Source: a virus. From it: a stretch of DNA of 64,000 bases. The notes beneath the pieces were generated by a model that saw nothing but the letters and a program-made list of their open reading frames with translations, made no database searches and was not told the DNA's origin. Below are positions 1 to 10,359 of the stretch, in pieces. The position numbers and the translations under genes are program-made. The stretch is taken from IMG/VR virus record IMGVR_UViG_3300012984_000001, positions 11,695 through 75,694 of that record. The stretch is one strand, 5' to 3'. The first letter of the stretch is position 1, and every line of letters begins with the position of its first letter.

Positions 1-2
1 AA

Positions 3-3000
3 AAGCAAGTTTTATCGGAAGCAAAACAATCAAATGAAAAATTAACTGATTCTGAAATAACAGATAGAGCTAAATCTTTATTCAAAGAAAAAGAAAAGTA
101 CAATTTGTTTGTTGATAGAGCCAATTCTTTTCTAGATAATTTAGACCCAAAAGATAAAGAAGTTTTAAGACAAGATAGGGCTTTAAAATCCGAACATCTA
201 CAGGAAGATAATTTAAAACGACTAAAAGTATCTTCTGCTATAAAATCAGTTGCGGAAAATAAAATTTCTCAATATAAAAATTTAAATTCTCAAATTGAGC
301 AATTAAATAGCCAAAACAAAGCTATTCCAGAAGGATTGATTCAAGAACATCAATCATTGAAAAATCAGATTATAGGATTGGGAAATGACCTTAAGAAAAA
401 TGAAGACTATATCCAAAAGAATAGACAAGATTTAGGAACTGCCCAACAAGAACTTGATTTATTTAAACGTGAATATGGAGATGCTGAAAATATATTAGGA
501 AATATTGGAGCAAGTGCAGGTGAATTAGGCTCAGGACTTCTTGGGTTTTTAGGATATACTGCGACTATGAGTGGAAATCCTATGAATATTGCACTTGGAT
601 TAGAAACTTCTAAATTATCCTCGGATATTTCTAAAGGCATTGCTGAAAATAGAGAGTTTTTAAGAAAACCCGTTGAAAGTATTGAGAGTCCGGAAGGATT
701 TGTCAACTATGCTTCTGACTTGGTTGCTAATCAGTTGCCTATATTGGCAGTTACAGCGACTGGAGCAGGTGGATTAGCTACCATAGGCGCATCTTCTACT
801 GGACAAAAATATACCGAAATGAATGATGAAGTGATGTCTGGAAAAGCCTCTTATTCTCCTTTTCAAATGGCTACTGCTCCGCTTTTATATGGTGGTGCGG
901 AAGTCATATCAGAATTACCTACCATGAATATTCTGAAAAAAGGTGGACGTGTATTTGAATCAATTGTAAAAGGAGAATCTGATTTAATAAAAAAGTCAGC
1001 ATTTGAAAATGCAAAAGAGTGGGCTAAAGATTACGGTATAGATATGTCAAAAGAAATGGCGGGAGAACAATTTACAAATTTCGCTCAGAATTTCAATGAC
1101 AAATATATTTTAGGCAAAGACGATGTAAATTTGCTTGACAACACAGGACAGGTATTCAAAGATACTTTTACTCTTACATCTATTTTAAAAGCTTCTCCTC
1201 ACGTTTTTGGTGCAATTGTAAAGCCTTTTCAAACAAATACAAGTTTGAATACTTTAGATGAAAATTCTAAGAAAATAATGGAGTTTTCCGCACAATTAGA
1301 GAACGAAAATTTGACTGATACTGAGCGTCAAGTAATCCAAAAACAAATTGATAAAGCCACTATTCAAAATTCTAAAATAATGGCTAATACTATTTCGGAT
1401 GTTGACAGCATGAATCCAGAATTATACGATGAAGTAGTCAAATTAAATGGAGAAATCGGAAAAATAAAATTCCAAGCAAAAGATATTAAAGACGGGAATT
1501 TAGAAAACAAGCAAGAACTTCTTAATGAATTAAAAGGGGAATATTCTGCATTACAGAATAAGCGTACTGACATTATTGAAGGAAAAACTACGGTTGTTGA
1601 CATATTGCCATTGCCGGAGCAAGAAAAATTAAAAAGACAAGCCTTAAATGAACTTACAAAAGAATTAAACCCTACAGGAGAAAAAGACTTGACTATCGAT
1701 AACGAGCAAATAACTGAGCGTGCAAATGAAATTTACAATAAATCAAAATCTGAAAAAATAAATGAAGTTGCTCCTGAGGTTACTACAGAAGAAGTCGAGT
1801 CAAAAACCGAAATACAAAAACCAACAAATGAAACACAAGAGGTCAAAGAGGTAGTTATTCCAAATCAAAAAACTCCAAAAGGCGTATTAGAAAATAATAA
1901 ATATACATTGAATAATGGGGAACAATATAATATAAAAATATATGATGGAATAAATGGGGAAGTAAAATCGTTTGATGATCGAAAAGATAAAGACAGACTG
2001 TCTCTTGTTGTTGCAAATGAAAAAGGTGAAAACATTGCTCACATAGCATTCTGGAAAGATATAGATGGAAAATTTTATTCTAACAACACTAATGTAAATG
2101 AAGGTTATAGAAGAAAAGGAATTGCTACTGCAGTTTATAATTATGCGGAATCTTTAGGCATAGATATTAAGCCGTCTCAGACCCAAACAAAAATGGGGGA
2201 ATCATTTTATAAAACTAGAGAAAAGAGAAAAGAAGATGCAGACTATAGTCCAGAGGATATAATAAAAGAGGAAACTTTTGATTATAAAACAGGAGAATCT
2301 GCGGTTACGCTTGAAAAAAATCAAAAAAAAGTTATAGATGAAATAGACAAAGTTGTTGATTTATCTAAGCAAGAGCAGAATAAAACCATAGAAAAAATAG
2401 ATGAATCAGCACAGGAAGAAGATATTAAGGATAATGGAGGAGTTTCAGCTGGAGTTAAGCCAGTGGATGAAGTACGAGTTACCGAGCAAGAAGATACTTC
2501 AAAAGAAAGTGTTCCAAAACCCGTTGAACCTAAACCAAGTGAAGCAAAAGTTGAAGTAGAAGAAAAAACTCTTGAGAAAAAGAAAACTTTCGTAAGAGAA
2601 CCCAGAAAAAGAACTCTTCTTGCTAGGATTAAAGAAGGTGGAAATGAGAAAGATATTACAGAAAGTTTAAATAGTCTAAATGATAGATACAATGTAAGAA
2701 ATCAAGAAAAATCCGCACAACAAGCAGTATCTTTTGTAGATGAAGTCGGAACTGTAGAAGCCATTAATGCTTTGAGAACTCCTGATGCTATAAAAGAGAC
2801 AGATACTAGAATGCTTGTGTATAATGAAGTTTTGGATAAATTGACTAGAGATATTGATGAAGCTTCTGAAAAAAATCCAGAAGATAGAAATGAATTGATT
2901 TCAATGTTTCAAGAATTATCTAATGAATTTGATAATGAAATCAGGAGGTCAGCACAAGGACTTTCAGTGATGAATTACATTTACAATAAAAATCAATCGT

Positions 3001-6000
3001 TAAAATATAATCTATCTAAATTAATTCGTGATTACAAAGCAAATGATGCCAATGGAGAAATTCCTGCAGAAGTAAAAGCAGAATTTGAAAGATTGACAAA
3101 AGAACTTAAAGAAGTTGAATCAAAAATAAAGGATGCTGAAAAAAGAGCTATAAAAGCCGAAGAGGAATTGGCTATAAAAAATATCCAAGAAGACATTAAT
3201 CGTAAAAAAGAACTAGCTTCAAGAAATAAATCAGGTCTTACAGAAACTGAACAGAAACGTAAAAAGGAACTTAAAAATAAATTCTTCGGCAGGCTTAACG
3301 ATGTAACAAGTATTGCTACAATGTTAGCCGACGGTGAATTCAGAGAATATTTAGGATTGACTTTTAAAGCGGCTAAAGGCGATTTAGCTAATTTCTCCAA
3401 ACAAATTTTAAAAGAAATTGGTGATGGAGCAAAGAAACACATGCCTAAATTATTTAGTGAGGCAGAATCTATTTACAATGATGTTTTACAAAAGTCTGAG
3501 GCTAAAAAATCTGGAGAAGTTTCTATTGGTTCCGATGGGAAAATAAAAATCCCTGCTCAATTATTTAGAAATTATGTTGAAGCCGGAGAAACTGATATTG
3601 ATGTTATTTCAAAAAAAATAAAAGAAGATATTTCGGAAGATTATCCAGATGTTGATGTTCGCGAAATTCGTGATGCATTGACAGGTTATGGCAAGCAAGT
3701 AAATCCAAATAAAGATGAAATTACAGGCAAAATGAATCGTCTAAAGGAATACGGAAGATTATTGTCTGCTTATCAAGATGTTTTAAGTAGAGAAATGCCT
3801 AAAAAATCTGGAATAATTCGTCAAAAAACTGAACAAAAGTCAAGAGAACTTCGAAGAGAAGTAAATAGGCTTGCAAAAGAATTAGGCCTTGAAACCATAA
3901 ATCTAGAAGAACAATGGGCTACAGCAATAGATAAAATAAAATCTAATTTAAAAAATCAAATTGAGGACTTAGACAAACAAATTGAAAAAGGTGAAAAAAG
4001 AAAGGTTGAACGCACTCAAACCAAGCTTGATGCCGAAGCAGAAGCCTTAAAATCAGTTCGTGATGAAAAGAAAAAAATATTAGATGATTTAGTTGGGAAA
4101 CCTGAACTGACAGAGGAACAAAAAATAGCTAGAGCAGAAAATGCATTAGAGAAATCAATCGCAAAACTACAAGAAGAAATAGATACTCAAAATATTGCAT
4201 ATCAAGAAAAACCAACTGCATTAAATTCAGCTAAACTTGAAAATTTAAGAGCGCAGAAAAAAGGACTTCTTGCTACAAAACAATTATTAAGAGAAGAAGC
4301 AGGATTGATTGAAGAAAAACGTCTTAAAACAGCTAAAACTAGGGTAAAAAAGCAAATTTCAGACCTAGAAGAAAGAATAACAAACAAGGATTTTGCTAAA
4401 AAAGAAGTAAAGCCAATTTTAGCCGATAGTGAATTGAATGAATTAAGAGCAGAACGCGAGGAACTTTACGAGCACTTTGAAAAACTTAAATACATTCAAG
4501 AACTAAAAGAAAGAAGTAAGGCGCGAAAGTTTTTAGATGCGTCTTTAGAGGCTTTAGGATTGCTTCGTGCATTAAAAGCATCTTTGGATTTAGGATTGAT
4601 AGGTATTCAGTTAAGAGGATTTACTTACTCTGAATTGTTTAGAAGCCGTAAAGAATTGGCTAAAAAGTTTTGGAAGCTTTTTGGTGCTATTGGTTCCCAA
4701 GCGAAAGCCGATAAAGCAATGAAGCAATTGGTAGGACATCCACTATTTCCATTAGCAAAAAAACTAGATATTGGGATTACCCAGCCGGACCTTAGACAAG
4801 AGGTTAGGGAAGAAATGGCTTCTGGAAATTTATTAAGAACAATATGGAATAGTCCTTTTATTTTGGCTAAAAAAGCCGGATTAGGAAATTTTGGAGATGC
4901 TAAAAAGAAATCTTTAGGAGATACCATAATTGATGAATACAAAAAACAATATAACAAGTTTGCTAAAAATAAATTTGATATTTCTGAAAAAGAAAAGTTT
5001 TCGAGAGCAGAACAATTTAAAAATGCAAATGTTTTTGAAGCTATAGAAAGAGGATTATCTGCTTATGGAAATCAATTAAGGTTTGAAGAATTTGTCCGAG
5101 GAGTTGAGAGGCTAAAAGCCGAAGGAAAAGATGAATTAAATCATCCAGAAGACTACAAAGCACTTGCAAGTTATATCAGAACTTTTTCTGGTCGTGCCAA
5201 ACCAGCAGGATTTGAAATGAATCAGAAATTGCTGAACGTGTTTTTCTTCTCATTCAAGAATGCTGTTTCTGTATTTCAACAATTGAATCCAGTGTATTAT
5301 GCTATGCAACACATGAGTTCTTCTGATTTTAAATCTGGTAAATATTTCAAACCATCCGTAGCTAATAAAATGGCTATGGCAACAATGCTTAAATCTCTAA
5401 CATCTTCTTTAGCAACTATGATGTTTATTTTAGCCGCATATAATGCATTAAAAGACGATGATGATGAAGAAATGACTGTGGAAACTGACCCAACAAGTTC
5501 AGATTTCGGAAAAATCAGAAAAGGTGATATGAGATATGACCCGTGGGGAGGATACGTGCCATTGATTACTTTATATGCCAGATTATGGGAAGAAGAAGTA
5601 AAAAAAGCCGATGGAAGCAAGTATAAATTTGGAGAACAACCTTTTGGCATCCAAAGTAGAGGAGATGCAGCAACTAAATTTTTGGTAAACAAAGAATCTC
5701 CAGGATTTCAAGCATTCCATCATTATATGACTTCTGTAGAAAAACCTAATCCAGAAACAGGCGAAATGGAAAGAGTGAACAAATTTGGAGAAAAATTATC
5801 CGAAGACGAAGCATTCTCATTATATCCTATTTTCTTAGGTTCCGTTAGAGATGCTATAAAAGAAGACCCAGATGCCGTTAAATCAATATTAACTGCTTGG
5901 TCTGTATTAGGATTAGGAAACGTTCAAAATTATAAATCCAGTGGTGGTTCTAAAAAAGAATCAGGAGGAAAAGGTTCTGGCCCGAAATTGCCTTCTCCAC

Positions 6001-6023
6001 CAAAACCTCCTACTCCAAACTAA
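3..6023 (+). CDS. Giant virion/ejection (polyvalent-type) protein, 5'-truncated by the window; internal GNAT domain
   Basis: Frame is open from base 3 (>2000 aa). Long coiled-coil and A/G-rich segments; GNAT motif A VNEGYRRKGIATAVY at ~2094-2140; C-terminal DPTSSDFGKIRKGDMRYDPWGG motif typical of large phage polyvalent proteins. Confidence 0.7.
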   Translation, partial: KQVLSEAKQSNEKLTDSEITDRAKSLFKEKEKYNLFVDRANSFLDNLDPKDKEVLRQDRALKSEHLQEDNLKRLKVSSAIKSVAENKISQYKNLNSQIEQLNSQNKAIPEGLIQEHQSLKNQIIGLGNDLKKNEDYIQKNRQDLGTAQQELDLFKREYGDAENILGNIGASAGELGSGLLGFLGYTATMSGNPMNIALGLETSKLSSDISKGIAENREFLRKPVESIESPEGFVNYASDLVANQLPILAVTATGAGGLATIGASSTGQKYTEMNDEVMSGKASYSPFQMATAPLLYGGAEVISELPTMNILKKGGRVFESIVKGESDLIKKSAFENAKEWAKDYGIDMSKEMAGEQFTNFAQNFNDKYILGKDDVNLLDNTGQVFKDTFTLTSILKASPHVFGAIVKPFQTNTSLNTLDENSKKIMEFSAQLENENLTDTERQVIQKQIDKATIQNSKIMANTISDVDSMNPELYDEVVKLNGEIGKIKFQAKDIKDGNLENKQELLNELKGEYSALQNKRTDIIEGKTTVVDILPLPEQEKLKRQALNELTKELNPTGEKDLTIDNEQITERANEIYNKSKSEKINEVAPEVTTEEVESKTEIQKPTNETQEVKEVVIPNQKTPKGVLENNKYTLNNGEQYNIKIYDGINGEVKSFDDRKDKDRLSLVVANEKGENIAHIAFWKDIDGKFYSNNTNVNEGYRRKGIATAVYNYAESLGIDIKPSQTQTKMGESFYKTREKRKEDADYSPEDIIKEETFDYKTGESAVTLEKNQKKVIDEIDKVVDLSKQEQNKTIEKIDESAQEEDIKDNGGVSAGVKPVDEVRVTEQEDTSKESVPKPVEPKPSEAKVEVEEKTLEKKKTFVREPRKRTLLARIKEGGNEKDITESLNSLNDRYNVRNQEKSAQQAVSFVDEVGTVEAINALRTPDAIKETDTRMLVYNEVLDKLTRDIDEASEKNPEDRNELISMFQELSNEFDNEIRRSAQGLSVMNYIYNKNQSLKYNLSKLIRDYKANDANGEIPAEVKAEFERLTKELKEVESKIKDAEKRAIKAEEELAIKNIQEDINRKKELASRNKSGLTETEQKRKKELKNKFFGRLNDVTSIATMLADGEFREYLGLTFKAAKGDLANFSKQILKEIGDGAKKHMPKLFSEAESIYNDVLQKSEAKKSGEVSIGSDGKIKIPAQLFRNYVEAGETDIDVISKKIKEDISEDYPDVDVREIRDALTGYGKQVNPNKDEITGKMNRLKEYGRLLSAYQDVLSREMPKKSGIIRQKTEQKSRELRREVNRLAKELGLETINLEEQWATAIDKIKSNLKNQIEDLDKQIEKGEKRKVERTQTKLDAEAEALKSVRDEKKKILDDLVGKPELTEEQKIARAENALEKSIAKLQEEIDTQNIAYQEKPTALNSAKLENLRAQKKGLLATKQLLREEAGLIEEKRLKTAKTRVKKQISDLEERITNKDFAKKEVKPILADSELNELRAEREELYEHFEKLKYIQELKERSKARKFLDASLEALGLLRALKASLDLGLIGIQLRGFTYSELFRSRKELAKKFWKLFGAIGSQAKADKAMKQLVGHPLFPLAKKLDIGITQPDLRQEVREEMASGNLLRTIWNSPFILAKKAGLGNFGDAKKKSLGDTIIDEYKKQYNKFAKNKFDISEKEKFSRAEQFKNANVFEAIERGLSAYGNQLRFEEFVRGVERLKAEGKDELNHPEDYKALASYIRTFSGRAKPAGFEMNQKLLNVFFFSFKNAVSVFQQLNPVYYAMQHMSSSDFKSGKYFKPSVANKMAMATMLKSLTSSLATMMFILAAYNALKDDDDEEMTVETDPTSSDFGKIRKGDMRYDPWGGYVPLITLYARLWEEEVKKADGSKYKFGEQPFGIQSRGDAATKFLVNKESPGFQAFHHYMTSVEKPNPETGEMERVNKFGEKLSEDEAFSLYPIFLGSVRDAIKEDPDAVKSILTAWSVLGLGNVQNYKSSGGSKKESGGKGSGPKLPSPPKPPTPN

Positions 6024-6028
6024 ATTAT

Positions 6029-6061
6029 AATAACACCCTAGTAAAATACTAGGGTGTTATT
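6029..6061. terminator. Bidirectional terminator between convergent genes
   Basis: Perfect 15-bp inverted repeat AATAACACCCTAGTA-AAA-TACTAGGGTGTTATT where the + gene and the - operon converge. Confidence 0.75.
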
Positions 6062-6750
6062 GATTTAAGATATTCTTCAAAATCTCTAAACAAGGTCAAT
6101 CCCATTATGTCTTGTCTGGAAGCCTCAAAAGCAATTTTCAAATCTTCTTGGGAATATATTTTTCTTTTTTCGACAGGAATTTCGTTGAGTACTTTTGCAT
6201 TGAAGTATTTTGACATTTCTTTCACTTCTTCCAAAAACCTTTCCTGTTCGTCTTCTCGACTTCTTCCAAGATATTCTACAACATATTTTAGTACAGGATT
6301 TGCTTTAGGTTGAGTAATACTTTTCAAGTCTTCTTTCGTCAATCCTGTAGATTTATCATTATATGCTTTCTCTATTGACTCAATTACTTCTGGAGTAACT
6401 TTTATTTTAGGAAAATCGAGATTTGCTATGCGTCTATTTATAGGTGTATTTTTAACTTTACACACTCCATCTTTAAAAATTAAATATTCAGAATCTATTG
6501 AATCGACTCCTGTTCCTAAATTTGAAGGGTTAGATTCTTTACATAAATTAGGGAATAATGTAAAAAACTCTATCGCTTTAGGGTCTGAGGTTTTAAAAGT
6601 TCCATCGTTAAAAGCGATAGTATTATTTTCTTCGAAAAAATCCACTTCCAATTGATTCAAGAAGCAATCCATTAAGAAATTCTTTTTTGCTTCTGTGTCT
6701 TCTAGCGAGTTTAGATAAGCGATTTGCTCTTTGTTTATTTTTATTTTCAT
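6049..6750 (-). CDS. Hypothetical protein
   Basis: 233-aa ORF, last gene of the tightly packed leftward operon. Confidence 0.7.
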   Translation of the reverse strand: MKIKINKEQIAYLNSLEDTEAKKNFLMDCFLNQLEVDFFEENNTIAFNDGTFKTSDPKAIEFFTLFPNLCKESNPSNLGTGVDSIDSEYLIFKDGVCKVKNTPINRRIANLDFPKIKVTPEVIESIEKAYNDKSTGLTKEDLKSITQPKANPVLKYVVEYLGRSREDEQERFLEEVKEMSKYFNAKVLNEIPVEKRKIYSQEDLKIAFEASRQDIMGLTLFRDFEEYLKSITP

Positions 6751-6755
6751 AAATT

Positions 6756-7079
6756 TTATTTTTTAGGATTTTTTATAGGTAGCCAAGATGAAAAAATATA
6801 AAATGAGTGTTCACTTTTAATTTCACGATAGCCGGATATGTACTCTTCTCCTCCATCTCTTGACCAAATTGGCTCGGACTTTGAAGTTGGAGGAATTTCT
6901 TCTATTTTAAAATTAACTCCTTGGTTTTTCAACATAGTTTCAATTCTGCTAGGATATTCCTTAGAGACTAAACCAACAGTTTGTTGATTGTTTATTTTCT
7001 CCGCAATTTCCAAAACCATAGCAAGAGTCATTCCTTTTCTTCTAGGTTGTATTTCCGTTATTTGTGTTTTTTGCTTCAT
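6756..7079 (-). CDS. Hypothetical protein
   Basis: 107-aa ORF packed in the operon. Confidence 0.65.
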   Translation of the reverse strand: MKQKTQITEIQPRRKGMTLAMVLEIAEKINNQQTVGLVSKEYPSRIETMLKNQGVNFKIEEIPPTSKSEPIWSRDGGEEYISGYREIKSEHSFYIFSSWLPIKNPKK

Positions 7080-7269
7080 GTTGATAACATATTCTTAAAA
7101 ATTCGTTTTCCACTTCTTCGGGAATGGTTCCGATATTGATGCTAAAACCTAGCGGACGGAGTTCCCTCCATTCTATTGAAGAATTGTTTCGGAGGAAGTT
7201 TCTCATGTCTTTTTGACGCTGTAGTAGTTCTGGAGTTACCGGAACCTTATCCATTGCTTTACGAGGCAC
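7042..7269 (-). CDS. Hypothetical protein
   Basis: 75-aa ORF overlapping its neighbours; start uncertain. Confidence 0.55.
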   Translation of the reverse strand: MPRKAMDKVPVTPELLQRQKDMRNFLRNNSSIEWRELRPLGFSINIGTIPEEVENEFLRICYQHEAKNTNNGNTT

Positions 7270-7531
7270 TTATTTTATATTTTTCCATAACTACAATCCA
7301 CGTAGAATAATATTCACCATCATTAGTTCCAGATACTTGTTTTAATATCCAACCCTCTTTCATTTTACCCATAATAAATTTTGATACATTTCCTGCATCT
7401 GATTCAGAATAAAAATATTTCACAATAAACGTTTTTGGAGTAGATGGCTTAACAGTCATTATGCTAACAGTTGTGGCAGAAACTAAGGTTATTAAGATAA
7501 TTCCTAATGTAAAATAAAATAAGTTTTTCAT
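7259..7531 (-). CDS. Small membrane-anchored protein
   Basis: N-terminal hydrophobic helix followed by a MKEGWILKQVSG-type small domain. Confidence 0.65.
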   Translation of the reverse strand: MKNLFYFTLGIILITLVSATTVSIMTVKPSTPKTFIVKYFYSESDAGNVSKFIMGKMKEGWILKQVSGTNDGEYYSTWIVVMEKYKISAS

Positions 7532-7550
7532 AATTTATATAGTTTAGTTT

Positions 7551-7766
7551 TTAAAATAAATCAATTTGAACATTTGTTTGTTTTTTACTCTCGATAACTT
7601 CTATTCTTTCAGGATAAACTCGAATGTAATTATTGATGTTTATAACGAGTTGGCCTGTGAAGTTTTCACCATCAAGGCCAATATCCAGAAACTTTAGAAT
7701 TTGGTTTCCGTCTTCATTGTAAAGAATGTTTTTCTTTCGATGATAGGTTTGTTCTGGATTTAACAT
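7551..7766 (-). CDS. Hypothetical protein
   Basis: 71-aa ORF ending QIDLF (clamp-binding-like pentapeptide), next to dnaN. Confidence 0.6.
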   Translation of the reverse strand: MLNPEQTYHRKKNILYNEDGNQILKFLDIGLDGENFTGQLVININNYIRVYPERIEVIESKKQTNVQIDLF

Positions 7767-7768
7767 CT

Positions 7769-8854
7769 CTAAGAAACTATCATTGGAGAAAGCAAAACTC
7801 TAGTATGAGTTTCTTCTAATAAAGCAGGAGTTTTTGAGGTGTTGAAATACATTACAATATCCTCTTCCAAAGTAGCTGAAATATTTCTCAATTGATTAAT
7901 ATTCAATCCAATTCTAATTTCGTTTCCTTCGTACTCAAAATCTGTTACATTCTCTTTTGCTGTGTGTTTCAGAAAATCATTTTCATAGGATAAAATCATT
8001 TTTTCTTTAGAAATTTCCATAATCAAAGACTTGCTGTCCTTATCAGAAATAGCTGAAAATCGCTTAATACAAGCAAAAAACAATTCTTTGTTTATTTTAA
8101 GGCAAGACTCTTTTTTGATGGAGTTCAGCAATTTTCCATAGTCTGGGGAGTTTACTGATAACTGCAAAGTTTCTATCGAAATATTATCAAAATAAACACA
8201 AAAGAAATTGCTATTGTATTTCAGTGTTACGTCTGAATCGACATTGATAGTTTGGCTGATAAATTTTGCCGATTCCGTTGTAAGCAAAATCTCTACATCA
8301 TCTCCATTGTAGTCGAATTTCTTTTCATAGATAGCGTTTTTACTTATTCCAGCAATATTTAGTTTTCCTTCTTTTGATTTTACTACAACACGATTAAGAT
8401 TATCTGTCAAAGCATCTACATACGGAATTGCTTTTCTGATTCCATCAACAAAAAGTTCTGAATCTACTTTGAATGATTCCAAGTTTCCTAAATTTGGACT
8501 TTCTGGAAAAATTATCGCTTCTTCTGTAGGCAGTTTGTAATCTCCAAGTTTTGATGAAATTTCAAGTGTATTCTTTTCAAAACTAAGCGACAAATCAATA
8601 TTAGGCAAACTAGACAAAATGTTTTGCAAAAGCGATTTTGATACGCAAAAAGCGAAAGATTCAGTGCTGTCCACCTTCATGGTTATGCTTGTCCTAGTTT
8701 CTTGATTGTAGGCTGTTATTTTAAGCTCAGTTTCCTTCACTTCAATAAGTAGGTTGGTCAAAATAGGTAGTGTGGTCCTTTCTTTTACAACCGGAGAAAC
8801 TACATTCATAGATTTTAAAAACTCTATGCTGTTTACTGTTATCGTTTTTTTCAT
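7769..8854 (-). CDS. dnaN: DNA polymerase III beta sliding clamp
   Basis: 361 aa; N-terminal TTLPILTNLLIEV, PDY motif, C-terminal LLSPM; typical clamp length. Confidence 0.9.
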   Translation of the reverse strand: MKKTITVNSIEFLKSMNVVSPVVKERTTLPILTNLLIEVKETELKITAYNQETRTSITMKVDSTESFAFCVSKSLLQNILSSLPNIDLSLSFEKNTLEISSKLGDYKLPTEEAIIFPESPNLGNLESFKVDSELFVDGIRKAIPYVDALTDNLNRVVVKSKEGKLNIAGISKNAIYEKKFDYNGDDVEILLTTESAKFISQTINVDSDVTLKYNSNFFCVYFDNISIETLQLSVNSPDYGKLLNSIKKESCLKINKELFFACIKRFSAISDKDSKSLIMEISKEKMILSYENDFLKHTAKENVTDFEYEGNEIRIGLNINQLRNISATLEEDIVMYFNTSKTPALLEETHTRVLLSPMIVS

Positions 8855-9168
8855 TATGATATTTGTTTGTCGATGAATTTTTCTAGTTTGTCTAATCCAA
8901 TTAAAGATAAATTATCAAATAGTTTCTCTAAAACTAGGTCACTAACGATGCTTCTATTGTAGCCAGCAGGATATTCAAAACGAACTTCTGATTCTGTTTC
9001 TTGTATTGTTTCGATCAAAGCTAATTTTTCTTCTTTTAAATCGTCAATTTTACTTTCAAGCATTGCTATAGAATCTGATTGCTCTTCGACGAACTCTATA
9101 ATTGATTCTGTGTCAACATCAAATTCATCATGAATATAATTTAATTGCTCTAATACTTGGTCTTTCAT
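8854..9168 (-). CDS. Hypothetical coiled-coil protein
   Basis: 104-aa ORF translationally coupled to dnaN. Confidence 0.65.
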   Translation of the reverse strand: MKDQVLEQLNYIHDEFDVDTESIIEFVEEQSDSIAMLESKIDDLKEEKLALIETIQETESEVRFEYPAGYNRSIVSDLVLEKLFDNLSLIGLDKLEKFIDKQIS

Positions 9169-9173
9169 TTTAT

Positions 9174-9464
9174 TTAGTTTTTTATGTTAGTTAATTTTGA
9201 GTATAAGTCAATCGCTTTTTGTTTCTCTTCTTCTGGAAGTTTATGAAGAGTATAGGTGTAGGTATTTCCGAATTTATTTTGCTCAGTCTTAAATTCTTTT
9301 TCAAGACCTATTCCATGTGTTAAAACTAATTCAGAAACTCTTGTCCGATACCCTGCTAAATATGGAAATGTAAAAAGTGATATTTCGCCATATAAAATAA
9401 GTTGAAGAAGTACTTCTTGAGTATTTGTTTTCGGTGCGGTATAACCTTGTATTTGTGGTTTCAT
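9174..9464 (-). CDS. Putative winged-HTH protein
   Basis: Pattern QEVLLQL..GEIS....YRTRVSEL...HGI resembles small phage wHTH proteins. Confidence 0.55.
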   Translation of the reverse strand: MKPQIQGYTAPKTNTQEVLLQLILYGEISLFTFPYLAGYRTRVSELVLTHGIGLEKEFKTEQNKFGNTYTYTLHKLPEEEKQKAIDLYSKLTNIKN

Positions 9465-9467
9465 AAT

Positions 9468-9959
9468 TTAGTAAGTTATAGTTAATTCTATTCTAGCATC
9501 AAATAATTCTTTTATTTCTACAAATCGACAAGTTTTTTCTTTTATGAATTGAACAGTATCTTGTTTAATCACATTATCTAAAACTAAAGTGTCATTTCCT
9601 ATTTTGGTCCATAAATCGGCTAGGTTATCTAAATCCCAAGATGGAGAATAATCTTTTTTTGGTGGGTTCCAAGATATTCCATTTTTAGTTCTCCTCACGT
9701 CTCCATGATTAAGAACTGTATGAAATTCATAAAGAAGTTTTATGTTTCTGGAATCAATATTCAAACCTTTAAATTTAGGCTCAATATTATCCGAGAAATG
9801 TTCATGCAAATATTCAACAACTATTGCCCTAGAAAAATGATTCAAATTTCCATTGTAAATGGCTTGATTGTTTATTTTCATGTATTTGTCAGACTTTATT
9901 TTGTTTTTAGTCTTTCGCACATGAGTCAATAACGGAATTATTAGTTTTATTTCATTCAT
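9468..9959 (-). CDS. RusA-like Holliday junction resolvase
   Basis: DLDNL...K...D.L....I..D catalytic pattern; C-terminal RIELTI strand. Confidence 0.7.
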   Translation of the reverse strand: MNEIKLIIPLLTHVRKTKNKIKSDKYMKINNQAIYNGNLNHFSRAIVVEYLHEHFSDNIEPKFKGLNIDSRNIKLLYEFHTVLNHGDVRRTKNGISWNPPKKDYSPSWDLDNLADLWTKIGNDTLVLDNVIKQDTVQFIKEKTCRFVEIKELFDARIELTITY

Positions 9960-10359
9960 TTGATAGTCTGTTTAGTGAATAACCATTTTCTTTTGCCCAC
10001 TCAGGATGCTCTTCGACATATTTATGCCCTTCACGAGACAAAGCAACCCAATACCGTTCATCTAAGAATAAAGAACCAATGCGGCCCTTTTTATGATGTA
10101 TGTCAGTTGTTGGCTTTTTTGTTATAGGGCAAATTTTGTTTTCTGGCTTTCCAAGAAAAATAATTCTCTGTGATTGGTATTTTAAATTTTCTAAAGTCCG
10201 TTTATCTGAAACCTTTTTAATAGGAGTTGGCTTAAAAACCCTCTTTTTAGATTCAAGGCTTAGATATACTTTTTCAGCTTGTTTACACTCTGTTTCATTG
10301 CAATATTTCTGCAGAAAAAAGCTTGGAGTGAATTTTTGTTTACAATTCAAGCAACGCAT
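9952..10359 (-). CDS. Zn-finger/HNH nuclease (NinG-like arrangement)
   Basis: N-terminal CxxC...C...C; DIHHKKGR and REGH HNH-like motifs. Confidence 0.7.
   Translation of the reverse strand: MRCLNCKQKFTPSFFLQKYCNETECKQAEKVYLSLESKKRVFKPTPIKKVSDKRTLENLKYQSQRIIFLGKPENKICPITKKPTTDIHHKKGRIGSLFLDERYWVALSREGHKYVEEHPEWAKENGYSLNRLSNE

Noticed and set aside
3-6023. Virion RNA polymerase
   Set aside because: No DxDxD-type catalytic motif was seen in the visible part; the N-terminus lies outside the window.
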